Below the pieces are notes generated by a model. That model had not been told where the DNA came from, searched no databases, and was given only the letters and a program-made list of their open reading frames with translations. 64,000 nucleotides of DNA from Candidatus Bathyarchaeota archaeon (lineage in GTDB: Archaea; Thermoproteota; Bathyarchaeia; Hecatellales; Hecatellaceae). Both the position numbers and the translations under genes were made by a program. Below, one piece after another: positions 49,078 through 57,797 of this stretch (within the stretch, counting starts at the first letter, position 1; the number at the start of each line of letters is the position of its first letter). The stretch is taken from positions 64,001 through 128,000 of the forward strand of contig JBQPWD010000006.1 in the NCBI GenBank assembly GCA_052246995.1, in the 5' to 3' direction.

Positions 49078-49858
49078 TGATTACAAGGTTTTACCTATAA
49101 CTTACAGGCAAGGACTTTATAGGCTAAGGTTTAAGTTTAAAGAGACAAACATGCTTGTAGTTTCAGATAATATCAAAGCTTTAAAATTAGCGTTAAAATC
49201 AACGTTACATCACAGAAAACTTCTTGAAAACTACATTAGAAAAGATTTAGCGTTTCTTTATGCTTTGAACCCTCTAAAAGTAAAACCTGACATGCCAGCA
49301 ATTGTTAAGCTGGCTACTGAAGCTGCGGAGAAGGCTGGAGTTGGACCTATGGCTGCCGTTCCGGGTGCTTTGGCAGAACTTGTTGCTAGGGATATTAAAC
49401 CCTACAGCCACTTAACCACACTAGTTGAAAATGGAGGGGAAATTTTTGCTTATTCTGGAAAAATCCTAAACGTGGGAGTCTATGCTGGAGACTCGCCTAT
49501 CTCAGGCAGGTTGGGTTTTAGACTTGAAGCTGAAGATTTCCCTATTGGTATTGCTACAAGTTCGGCGACTGTTAGTCATGCTTTAAGTTTTGGGGAGGCT
49601 GATGCCGTCGTTACTTTTTCAGATTCTTCAGCTCTTGCAGATGCTGCAGCAACAGCTATATGTAACAGTGTAAGAGGGAAAGATGTTGAAGCCTCCGTTC
49701 AAAAAGGTTTAGAAAGATCTGAGGAAATTGATGGTTTAAGAGGGGTTTTTATTGTTAGAGGTAGGTATGTTGGGGTTGTTGGAAAACTTCCAAAAATTTT
49801 AAACATTAATGGTAGCTTGGAGGAAATGTTTAACGCTGGTAGAGCTATTCTTCTCTAA
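49067..49858 (+). CDS. UPF0280 / ApbE-like sulfur-assimilation protein (MA1715-like)
   Basis: GVGPMAAVPG, VENGGEI, IATSSATVSHALSFG.AD, ADAAATAICN. Confidence 0.9.
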   Translation: MYTNDYKVLPITYRQGLYRLRFKFKETNMLVVSDNIKALKLALKSTLHHRKLLENYIRKDLAFLYALNPLKVKPDMPAIVKLATEAAEKAGVGPMAAVPGALAELVARDIKPYSHLTTLVENGGEIFAYSGKILNVGVYAGDSPISGRLGFRLEAEDFPIGIATSSATVSHALSFGEADAVVTFSDSSALADAAATAICNSVRGKDVEASVQKGLERSEEIDGLRGVFIVRGRYVGVVGKLPKILNINGSLEEMFNAGRAILL

Positions 49859-49863
49859 CTGTA

Positions 49864-49900
49864 CTTACCGTATTGGGAAGTTTCTTTACCAAACGTAAAG
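49864..49900. promoter_or_regulatory. Pair of 17-bp imperfect palindromes upstream of the ArsR-type regulator
   Basis: CTTACCGTATTGGGAAG-TTT-CTTTACCAAACGTAAAG, abutting the AATATATA box. Confidence 0.55.
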
Positions 49901-49931
49901 AATATATACAATTTCTTCCATAAAAATCTTA

Positions 49932-50345
49932 GTGAAAAGAATAATGACGCTCCAAAGAAGGATTAAGAGGTTCAGGTTAACAACCAGCGACGGAAAAACA
50001 ATTTTTGAAGAAGAAATTGACGTAGCCTCAGTACCAATTAGTGAAGTAAGCTCAATAATGAATATACTAAAAATTATTTCAAACGAAAGTAGGTTTAGGG
50101 TTATAAGCTGGATTGCTGAAAAAAAGAGCTCAAGCTTCAAGGAGCTTTGCAACGGCCTAGGCTACAGCCAAAAAACAATAGCCCAATCCTTAGATGACCT
50201 TTTAAAAGTTAACGTTATAACAAAAACACCTGAAGGTTACATTCTTTCACCACTCGGCAGGATGATGGTCTTGTACTTTAAGGAGTTGGCAAGTATAATT
50301 AGGAAAATCAGCGAGTTTGAAAGATTAATGATGGAGTTTGAATAA
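49932..50345 (+). CDS. ArsR-like winged-helix transcriptional regulator
   Basis: LKIISNESRFRVI, SFKEL...LG.SQKTI...L..L, GYILSPLG. Confidence 0.88.
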   Translation: MKRIMTLQRRIKRFRLTTSDGKTIFEEEIDVASVPISEVSSIMNILKIISNESRFRVISWIAEKKSSSFKELCNGLGYSQKTIAQSLDDLLKVNVITKTPEGYILSPLGRMMVLYFKELASIIRKISEFERLMMEFE

Positions 50346-50354
50346 AGTTTTATA

Positions 50355-50416
50355 GAAAAGTTTATATATTAGAATTTCTCTTTCCTAATTAGAAAGTTTC
50401 TTTCCATTTTAGAAAG
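50355..50416 (+). promoter_or_regulatory. cdc48 promoter (BRE/TATA) followed by two CTTTC-N7-GAAAG palindromes
   Basis: GAAAAG-TTTATATA at 50355-50368, CTTTCCTAATTAGAAAG (50380-50396), CTTTCCATTTTAGAAAG (50400-50416), then GAGGTGA SD. Confidence 0.75.
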
Positions 50417-50441
50417 TTAGTAACCAGAGAGGTGATAAAAA

Positions 50442-52616
50442 ATGGCAGGAGTTCAGCTTAAAGTTGAAGCTTCTCGTCAAAGAGATGCAGGAAGAGGAAT
50501 TGTACGAATACCACCAAAGTATATGGATAAATTAGGTGTTGGAGCTGGGGATATCGTTGAAATTGAAGGTAAAAAGGTAACATCAGCCATAGTTTGGCCA
50601 GCTTACCCTGAGGATAATGAACTTAACATCATAAGGATGGATGGTATTACAAGGGGTAATGCAAAAGTTGGCATAGGAGATACTGTAACAGTTAGAAAGG
50701 TTGATGTAAAACCCGCAAATAAGGTTATTCTAGCACCAACTGAATCTACGACATTTGGTGAGGGTTTTGAAGAATACGTTAAAAACTATCTTTTAGGCCG
50801 TCCAATAGTTCAAGGAGATAACATAGTTATCGGTGTTTTAGGACAACCTTTACAATTTATAGTGGTAAGCACATCTCCAGCAGGAGTTGTCCAAATTTCA
50901 GATAAAACAAGACTTCAACTACAAACCGAACCTGCTAAAGGCATTGAAACCATACCAAGGGTAACCTATGAAGATGTAGGTGGACTTAAAGAGGCTGTTC
51001 AAAGAATTAGGGAAATGGTTGAACTACCATTAAGGCATCCTGAACTTTTCCAGAGGCTGGGTATTGACCCTCCTAAGGGTGTTCTTCTTTACGGTCCTCC
51101 TGGTTGTGGTAAGACTTTGCTTGCTAAGGCTGTTGCTAACGAGTCTAACGCCTACTTTATCAGCATTAACGGTCCTGAAATTATGAGTAAGTTTTACGGT
51201 GAATCTGAAGCTAGATTAAGAGAAATTTTCCAGAAAGCTCAGGAAAATGCTCCATCAATAATTTTTATCGACGAAATTGATGCAATAGCACCTAAAAGAG
51301 AAGAAGTCGTTGGCGAAGTTGAAAAGAGAGTTGTAGCCCAACTTTTATCCTTAATGGACGGTTTGCAGGCTAGAGGAAACGTTATAGTTATAGGTGCAAC
51401 AAACGTACCCAGCATCCTAGACCCGGCACTACGTAGACCTGGAAGATTTGACAGGGAAATTGAAATAGGAGTACCGGACAAGGATGGAAGATATGAAATA
51501 CTCTTAATCCACACAAGAGGTATGCCCTTAGCAAAAGACGTAGACTTAAAGAAACTTGCGGAGATAACCCATGGTTATACTGGAGCTGATATTGCAGCTT
51601 TATGTAGAGAAGCAGCCATGAAAGCTTTGCGTAGATACCTACCTGAAATAAATCTTGAGGAGGAACGTATACCTCAAAACATACTTGAATCTATGGAAGT
51701 TAGAATGAGCGACTTTTTAGCGGCGTATAGAGAGATAACCCCCACAGCTATGAGAGAAGTTTACATTGAAATTCCAAACGTACGTTGGTATGACATTGGT
51801 GGACTTGAAAAAGTTAAGGCTGAGCTTATAGAAGCTGTTGAATGGCCTTTAAAATATCCTGATGCATTTAAAAGCATGGGTATTAGTCCTCCTAAGGGTA
51901 TTCTTCTTTATGGTCCTCCTGGTTGTGGTAAGACTTTGCTTGCTAAGGCTGTTGCAACTGAAAGTGAGGCAAACTTTATAAGCATTAAGGGACCGGAGGT
52001 TTTCAGTAAGTGGGTTGGAGAATCTGAAAAAGCTATTAGAGAAGTTTTTAGGAAAGCTAGAATGGCTTCACCGTCGGTAATTTTCTTTGATGAGTTTGAT
52101 GCTCTTGTGCCTAGAAGAGGTATGGGTTACGCTGACCAGGGTGTTTCTGAAAGAGTTATAAGTCAGCTTCTAACAGAGATGGATGGAATCACCGACCTTG
52201 AAAATATTGTTGTTTTAGCCGCAACCAATAGACCTGACATTCTTGACCCTGCTGTTCTCCGTCCTGGGAGATTTGATAAGCTTATCTATGTTAATGCACC
52301 TGATGAAAAAGCTAGACTTGAAATCTTCAAGATCTACACAAAAAACATGCCTTTAGCTAAAGATGTTAGCATTGAGGAGTTGGCATTAATAACTAAAGGT
52401 TACAGTGGAGCTGATATTAAAGCGATATGTAATGAAGCTGGGATGAATGCTCTTAGAAGAGATATAACTAGAAAAGAAGTTAAAATGGAAGATTTTAAGG
52501 AAGCATTAAACAGAATAGGGCCAAGCTTAACACCGGAAATGGATAAATTCTATGAAAGTTTTGTAAGAAACTTTAAGAAAATTGAGAAAATGGTTATGCC
52601 TCCACCCATAGCCTAA
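50442..52616 (+). CDS. cdc48: CDC48/VAT AAA+ ATPase
   Basis: N-domain plus two AAA modules, each with [10 protein letters not shown](I/F)DE, RPGRFD. Confidence 0.97.
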   Translation: MAGVQLKVEASRQRDAGRGIVRIPPKYMDKLGVGAGDIVEIEGKKVTSAIVWPAYPEDNELNIIRMDGITRGNAKVGIGDTVTVRKVDVKPANKVILAPTESTTFGEGFEEYVKNYLLGRPIVQGDNIVIGVLGQPLQFIVVSTSPAGVVQISDKTRLQLQTEPAKGIETIPRVTYEDVGGLKEAVQRIREMVELPLRHPELFQRLGIDPPKGVLLYGPPGCGKTLLAKAVANESNAYFISINGPEIMSKFYGESEARLREIFQKAQENAPSIIFIDEIDAIAPKREEVVGEVEKRVVAQLLSLMDGLQARGNVIVIGATNVPSILDPALRRPGRFDREIEIGVPDKDGRYEILLIHTRGMPLAKDVDLKKLAEITHGYTGADIAALCREAAMKALRRYLPEINLEEERIPQNILESMEVRMSDFLAAYREITPTAMREVYIEIPNVRWYDIGGLEKVKAELIEAVEWPLKYPDAFKSMGISPPKGILLYGPPGCGKTLLAKAVATESEANFISIKGPEVFSKWVGESEKAIREVFRKARMASPSVIFFDEFDALVPRRGMGYADQGVSERVISQLLTEMDGITDLENIVVLAATNRPDILDPAVLRPGRFDKLIYVNAPDEKARLEIFKIYTKNMPLAKDVSIEELALITKGYSGADIKAICNEAGMNALRRDITRKEVKMEDFKEALNRIGPSLTPEMDKFYESFVRNFKKIEKMVMPPPIA
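51069..51955 (+). repeat. 68-nt intragenic direct repeat (51069-51136 and 51888-51955), 66/68 identical
   Basis: CCTCCTAAGGGT(G/A)TTCTTCTTTA(C/T)GGTCCTCCTGGTTGTGGTAAGACTTTGCTTGCTAAGGCTGTTGC. Confidence 0.9.
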
Positions 52617-52666
52617 CATATTTTCTTTTAAAATTTTAGCCTGCTTAAAATTTTTAGAAGGTTTTA

Positions 52667-52900
52667 GTGATGAGTAAAATTTGGAAACCAATACCTCTTC
52701 AACATAAAATAATTGAAATACTGAATGCTTCCAATGGCTCCTGTGAGGATGGTGAGTTATTAAGGATTCTAAAAAAAGAGGGTTGGGAAGTTTCGGTAAG
52801 TAGTTTAAACAAAGTTTTACTCCAACTTGAAATTCAAGGATACATTACTGTTTACACCGTTGGTAAAGGAAAGAGAAAAGTAGAATTAAAAAAGACTTAA
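52667..52900 (+). CDS. Small winged-helix protein downstream of cdc48
   Basis: D.EL...L......S...LNK.LL.LEI.G.I.V pattern, 77 aa. Confidence 0.75.
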   Translation: MMSKIWKPIPLQHKIIEILNASNGSCEDGELLRILKKEGWEVSVSSLNKVLLQLEIQGYITVYTVGKGKRKVELKKT

Positions 52901-53120
52901 ACTTTTATCAGTAAACTGGCTCTATTGACATTCTTCACGGTTAATTTGGTAAGAAAAGCTTAGGATTTGGATTACACTCAACATAACCATAACATGGTAT
53001 TTTTAAGCTATAAATCTCAGGATTTTTGAAAAAAGCCATGAAAACCTAGCTTTAAAAGGCTTAAGGATATTTTCTTAAACTTTTTAAGCATGCCACCCTT
53101 AAGCTTTATTAAGAGAAGAG

Positions 53121-54149
53121 TTGGGTGTAAATTTTAAAGAAATAGTTCCAAAGAAGAATATAAGTTTAGAAGACCTTAAAGGTAAAAGTTTAGCTATAGA
53201 TGCATACAATGCTTTATACCAGTTTTTAGCCATAATAAGGCAGCCCACAGGAGAACCTTTAATTGATAAAAGTGGAAGAATAACAAGCCATTTAAGCGGT
53301 TTACTTTATAGAACATCAAACCTTGTTGAGATGGGGATAAAACCAGTTTATGTTTTTGATGGAAAACCTCCATCTCTTAAATCTGTTGAGATTGAGCGAA
53401 GAAAAATGATTAAACAACAAGCTGTAGTAAAATATGAAGAAGCCTTAAGAAGAGGAAATTTAGAGGAAGCTAGAAAACATGCACAAATGACATCTAAACT
53501 TGAAGATTACATGGTTGAGGATGCTAAAACACTTTTAAACCTTATCGGAATACCATGGGTTCAAGCTCCATGTGAAGGAGAAGCTCAAGCAGCTTATTTA
53601 GCTATTAAAGGAGATGTTTGGGCTACTGTAAGCCAAGACTACGATTCATTACTGTTTGGGGCGCCAAAACTTGTAAGAAACTTGACGATTAGTGGTAAAA
53701 GAAAGCTTCCAGGAAAAAACGTTTACGTTGAAGTTAACCTTGAAGTTATAGACTTAAACCAAGTTTTAGCTGAACTTAAAATAAGTAGGGAACAGCTTAT
53801 TGATGTTGGAATACTTATTGGAACAGATTTTAATCCTGACGGTGTTAAAGGAATAGGTCCTAAAACAGCATTAAAACTTATAAGGGAACATGGATCCATC
53901 GAAAAAATTCCGAACCTACCTGTGGAGGCTTTTCCTGAAAAGCCTGAAAAAATAAGGAAAATTTTTCTTAAACCTGATGTTACTGATGAATACAAAATTG
54001 AGTGGAAAACTTCGGATGTTGAGGGTGTTGTTAGGTTTTTATGCGGTGAAAGGGATTTTTCCGAGGATAGGGTTAGAAAGGCTGTAGAAAAAATTCGTCT
54101 AGGATTTAGCAAACTTGAAGCAAAAGGAACACTAGAAAAATGGTTTTAA
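53121..54149 (+). CDS. fen: Flap endonuclease 1
   Basis: IDAYNALYQFL, TSHLSGL.YR, EGEAQAA, SQDYD, GTDFN, GIGPK, PIP box TLEKWF. Confidence 0.98.
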   Translation: MGVNFKEIVPKKNISLEDLKGKSLAIDAYNALYQFLAIIRQPTGEPLIDKSGRITSHLSGLLYRTSNLVEMGIKPVYVFDGKPPSLKSVEIERRKMIKQQAVVKYEEALRRGNLEEARKHAQMTSKLEDYMVEDAKTLLNLIGIPWVQAPCEGEAQAAYLAIKGDVWATVSQDYDSLLFGAPKLVRNLTISGKRKLPGKNVYVEVNLEVIDLNQVLAELKISREQLIDVGILIGTDFNPDGVKGIGPKTALKLIREHGSIEKIPNLPVEAFPEKPEKIRKIFLKPDVTDEYKIEWKTSDVEGVVRFLCGERDFSEDRVRKAVEKIRLGFSKLEAKGTLEKWF

Positions 54150-54188
54150 AATTTGACTTATTTTCTTTAGATTAGAAGGGGGGTAAAA

Positions 54189-54740
54189 ATGGAAAAATGT
54201 TCTGTTCTTGTTGTAGATATGTTAAACGACTTTGTTAAGGGAAAGTTAAGATGCGACAGAGCTGTAAACATTATTCCTAACATTAGAAGGCTTTTAGATG
54301 TAGCCCGTAAAAAAGGTATCCCGTGTATATATGTTAATGATGCCCATCTACCTAAGGTTGATAAAGAATTTGATTTATGGGGTCCACATGCGGTTGTTGG
54401 AACTTGGGGAGCTGAAGTTATAGATGAGCTTAAACCTCAACCTTCAGAGTACGTTATTCAGAAAAGAAGGTATAGTGGATTTTATCAGACAAGTTTAGAG
54501 CTTCTTCTCAGGGAACTTAAAATTGAAACGTTAATAATAACAGGAATTCTTACCGATGTGTGCGTTCAGCATACAGCTTATGATGCATACCTCTTAGGTT
54601 ATAACATTATTGTTCCTGTTGAATGTGTTGAAACTTTAAGCGATGAAGCCCAGCATTGGAGTCTAGAATACATGAAAAAGTGTTATCGTGTTAACATTTT
54701 AAATTTAAAAGACCTTTTAGAAAGGATGGAAAGGCTGTAG
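54189..54740 (+). CDS. Isochorismatase/nicotinamidase-family cysteine hydrolase
   Basis: VVDMLNDF, D.H, H...GTWG, KRRYSGF, TDVCV. Confidence 0.92.
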   Translation: MEKCSVLVVDMLNDFVKGKLRCDRAVNIIPNIRRLLDVARKKGIPCIYVNDAHLPKVDKEFDLWGPHAVVGTWGAEVIDELKPQPSEYVIQKRRYSGFYQTSLELLLRELKIETLIITGILTDVCVQHTAYDAYLLGYNIIVPVECVETLSDEAQHWSLEYMKKCYRVNILNLKDLLERMERL

Positions 54741-54746
54741 TTTTTC

Positions 54747-55046
54747 TTAGCCGCCACCTTTTTCATACTCTTTAAATGCTTCAACCAGTCTTTTTTTAAA
54801 CTCTTCCACATCTTCCTCAATCATCTCTGAAGCTTTAATTATAGCTTCAACAGGACTCTTACCACCTTTAGTTTTCACGTAAAAAATTGGTGAACCTATA
54901 AGCCTATGAGGACTAGTCCATCCCGCAATTTCTACATCCTCATTCTCTAAAAGAGTTTTTTGAAGAACATTAAGTAGGGTTGAACTTTCACCTTTAACTT
55001 CAAACTTTAGCTCTTTATCAGTCTTTTTTACAAGAGTTATCTCCAA
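54747..55046 (-). CDS. rpoL: RNA polymerase subunit L (Rpo11)
   Basis: GES.TLLN.L...LL....V..AG....PH pattern, conserved position after csl4. Confidence 0.9.
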   Translation of the reverse strand: MEITLVKKTDKELKFEVKGESSTLLNVLQKTLLENEDVEIAGWTSPHRLIGSPIFYVKTKGGKSPVEAIIKASEMIEEDVEEFKKRLVEAFKEYEKGGG

Positions 55047-55066
55047 CCCTTATTCACCCATTAAGC

Positions 55067-55645
55067 TTAAACAATGTTTTTACCGTAAAGGATGCTTATT
55101 TTCCTTTTCTCAATATTTTTACAGTTTAAGCAGAGAAGGTTTTTTCCATGAAGAGCTAGAATTGAGCCGCATTTTGAACAATACGATTGAATTGCTCCTA
55201 AATCTTTTTTTGCGGTTGTAAGTTGAAAAGGATAGTTTTCATCATCAATAACTTCAGCACGTACAACATCCCCAACTTTAAAAGCATCAGGTATAACTTT
55301 TACAAAAGATTTGCTTACAAGAGAAACATGTAAAATACCTGTAAAAAACGAGTCTTTAAGCTCGTAGTTGTTAAGTCTCCTAATTTTTACAAGAGCATAC
55401 TTATCTTGGGTTTGCTGGATAAAACCCACAACAATATCTCCACTTTTAGGGTAAATAGATTTTTTAACCTTGGGGATAACTTCAACTCTACGTTTTTTCA
55501 TTTCAATACGAAGATACCCCACAATTTGAGAATATACTCCTCCATCTACCACATATGTTCCAGGGCCTGTGGTAAACTCTTCAATTACCCCAATTTTATC
55601 TCCAGGGGTAACTAACACTTTATCCTTGTATTTATCTTTATCCAT
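55067..55645 (-). CDS. csl4: Exosome RNA-binding subunit Csl4
   Basis: VTPGD.IG..EE...G.GTY, S1 domain, Zn ribbon CSKCG...C.NC..EKRK. ATG at 55645. Confidence 0.93.
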   Translation of the reverse strand: MDKDKYKDKVLVTPGDKIGVIEEFTTGPGTYVVDGGVYSQIVGYLRIEMKKRRVEVIPKVKKSIYPKSGDIVVGFIQQTQDKYALVKIRRLNNYELKDSFFTGILHVSLVSKSFVKVIPDAFKVGDVVRAEVIDDENYPFQLTTAKKDLGAIQSYCSKCGSILALHGKNLLCLNCKNIEKRKISILYGKNIV

Positions 55646-56264
55646 TTTTAACAATCCGGTAAATGTCAACCTTTACTTTATGTTTTGGTTTTTTATGGAA
55701 GTTGAAAGTATGGGGAATTACTAATTCTGCTTCAAATATATGTGTAACCCTACCACCACTATCTTTAACAACTACTTCCTCTATAAACCTTCTGTTTTCC
55801 AAGCCACTTTTATGAATGCTGTAAACAACTTTACCAAGCGATAAAGCCTTCTTAAGAAACCTTACATCAGCTCCCCTTTTTCTAACTCCAAAAGGAGGAT
55901 TTTGAAGAACAGTGTCAAATTTTCCTATTAAAACATCAATATCTCCAACAATAAGCTCAACATCAACTCCCAGTTTTTCCATGTTTGACTTTGCTGTTAA
56001 AATAGCTAGTTTATCAATATCAACAGCAACAACATTGCATGCTTTAAGCCATGCGGCTCCTAAAGCAAGCATACCGGAGCCACAGCCAAGGTCACATACA
56101 CTTTTACAGGTAATGTCGTTAAAAGTGTAGGTTGCTGTATAAAGAATGTTAGCTGCAAGGTTTGGGGGGAGGGTGTACTGCTCAAGAATTAGTTTAGGTT
56201 GGGGGTGAGGTTTAACTTTTGAAAGAAAAATTTCAAGCTCCCTTTTTCTAACAACTTCTCTCAT
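55638..56264 (-). CDS. METTL5-like N6-adenine RNA methyltransferase
   Basis: LEQY..P, DLGCGSG, NPPFG, YSIH, FH.K motifs. Confidence 0.9.
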   Translation of the reverse strand: MREVVRKRELEIFLSKVKPHPQPKLILEQYTLPPNLAANILYTATYTFNDITCKSVCDLGCGSGMLALGAAWLKACNVVAVDIDKLAILTAKSNMEKLGVDVELIVGDIDVLIGKFDTVLQNPPFGVRKRGADVRFLKKALSLGKVVYSIHKSGLENRRFIEEVVVKDSGGRVTHIFEAELVIPHTFNFHKKPKHKVKVDIYRIVKNG

Positions 56265-56267
56265 CTT

Positions 56268-57239
56268 TTAACCATAAACCTCAAAAACTTCCTTAGGTAA
56301 GATTATAGGCTTAGAAAACCTGTCATAGTCATCTAAACCAACTCTTGGACATGCAGTATTAACGTAAACATCAATTTCAGGAAAGTTTTCCAAGTTTTCA
56401 GGGGTAATTTCGTTTAAACAAAAAAGAAAAACATTTTTTCCGTTTTTCCTCAAAACCCTGTAGACGTCTTCGGCTAGCTTCATGTTTTTCTGACCTGGTT
56501 TTAAACCAACCAAGATGCCAACTTTGTTTGCTTCAACAAGCTTAGCTAAAGCAACCTTTCTGTAAGCTAAAATTTTGCTTCCAACGGTAGAAACGTCCAG
56601 AATGCTTCCGACATATAAGTCTGCTGAAAAAACAGGTTTCCTTGTTTCTAGAAAAATTCCTAAAGGATGGAAAATTCCTCCACCAATATAAAGGTAGGCG
56701 TCAACAAGGTTTAAAACATTTTTTACGGTTGTATAGTCACAACCAAGAACCTGTCCATCGTATACCGCTAATCCACCCGCTTTTCCAATGTAAACTTTAA
56801 ACCCCTCATTTTCAAGAAAGGTTTTAGCATCATTAAGCTTATGAACATGTTGAATGTTTGAAGCTAAGCCTATATTTCTGTAGGGTTTAATGGTGGAAGG
56901 AATTTTTGTAAGGATTTCATCTAAGCTGGTTGTGGCTTCAGCCTTGATGTATAAAACTTTGACACCATCAACTTCATCTTTTAAATGTTTAAATGGTGTA
57001 TGGCCATAATGGATGATTAAATCAACATTCAAGTTTTTGGCAGCATCTAATGCTAAATCACATGCCCCATAGCATGGGTCAGCTGAAATGAAAATGGTAG
57101 CATTAGTTTTACTTCCAATTTCTGTTAAAATTTTACTTCCATAGGGTTTTAACCCTTCCGGAAGTTGGAGAAGTACTCTTTTAGCTTGAAGTTTTAAAAT
57201 ACTTTCTAAAACCTTTTTAACATCAAAATTGAAGCTCAA
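56268..57239 (-). CDS. dph2: Diphthamide biosynthesis enzyme Dph2
   Basis: QLPEGL, CYGACD, HYGH, GQVLGC, KPGQ, TACPR (three Fe-S cysteines). Confidence 0.96.
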   Translation of the reverse strand: MSFNFDVKKVLESILKLQAKRVLLQLPEGLKPYGSKILTEIGSKTNATIFISADPCYGACDLALDAAKNLNVDLIIHYGHTPFKHLKDEVDGVKVLYIKAEATTSLDEILTKIPSTIKPYRNIGLASNIQHVHKLNDAKTFLENEGFKVYIGKAGGLAVYDGQVLGCDYTTVKNVLNLVDAYLYIGGGIFHPLGIFLETRKPVFSADLYVGSILDVSTVGSKILAYRKVALAKLVEANKVGILVGLKPGQKNMKLAEDVYRVLRKNGKNVFLFCLNEITPENLENFPEIDVYVNTACPRVGLDDYDRFSKPIILPKEVFEVYG

Positions 57240-57252
57240 TCTTACACTTTGT

Positions 57253-57756
57253 TTACTGCTTATCTGAACTTGAAACTTGGATTAAGCATGGGGTTGGAAG
57301 TTTGCTTGCACCTATACGTAAAGCGTTCTTAGCAACCTCAACACCTTCAGGATTTACATCAACAATCATTATAGGCTGGTTTGCCTCAACTCTTGCAGCT
57401 AAACCTACAGGTTTGCCAAATGCTCTACGCATACCTTCCTGAAGTCTGTCAGCACCAGCAAAAGCCATCATTTTGTTCTCCCTTAAAACAACATGAGGAA
57501 ATGGGACAACTTTAAGCCGGTAATTTTTTTCTCCAAGCTTATCTAACAAAGCCTTATTTACAGCTACACGTGCAGCTTCAAGAGCGTTATGGGTTATTTG
57601 AACCCTACGTTCAGATATAAGGCTAACACTACAGGAAAAATTTCCTGTAGGGTCGCCCATAACAAACTTTGAGATTTTTGGCTGAGGAGCTCCTTTAATA
57701 TACTCCCGTCTAACATAAGCCATGCTCCTACCTATCTTATACCTTCCACCCCTCAA
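57253..57756 (-). CDS. rpl10e: 50S ribosomal protein L10e (uL16)
   Basis: Y.RREYI.G.P, ALEAARV, RENKM...AGADRLQEGMR.AFGKP. TTG at 57756 after GGAGG preferred as start. Confidence 0.95.
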   Translation of the reverse strand: MRGGRYKIGRSMAYVRREYIKGAPQPKISKFVMGDPTGNFSCSVSLISERRVQITHNALEAARVAVNKALLDKLGEKNYRLKVVPFPHVVLRENKMMAFAGADRLQEGMRRAFGKPVGLAARVEANQPIMIVDVNPEGVEVAKNALRIGASKLPTPCLIQVSSSDKQ

Positions 57757-57797
57757 ACCGACAGCCTCCAGCAAATTCTTCAATCAACTTGAAATAT

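Noticed and set aside
50361-50420. Mini CRISPR array (20-bp periodic repeats)
   Set aside because: Units are contiguous with no unique spacers and there are no cas genes. An operator pair explains it better.
51069-51955. Diversity-generating retroelement TR/VR pair as an explanation for the cdc48 repeat
   Set aside because: There is no reverse transcriptase, only two mismatches (not adenine-specific), and both copies encode an invariant catalytic motif.
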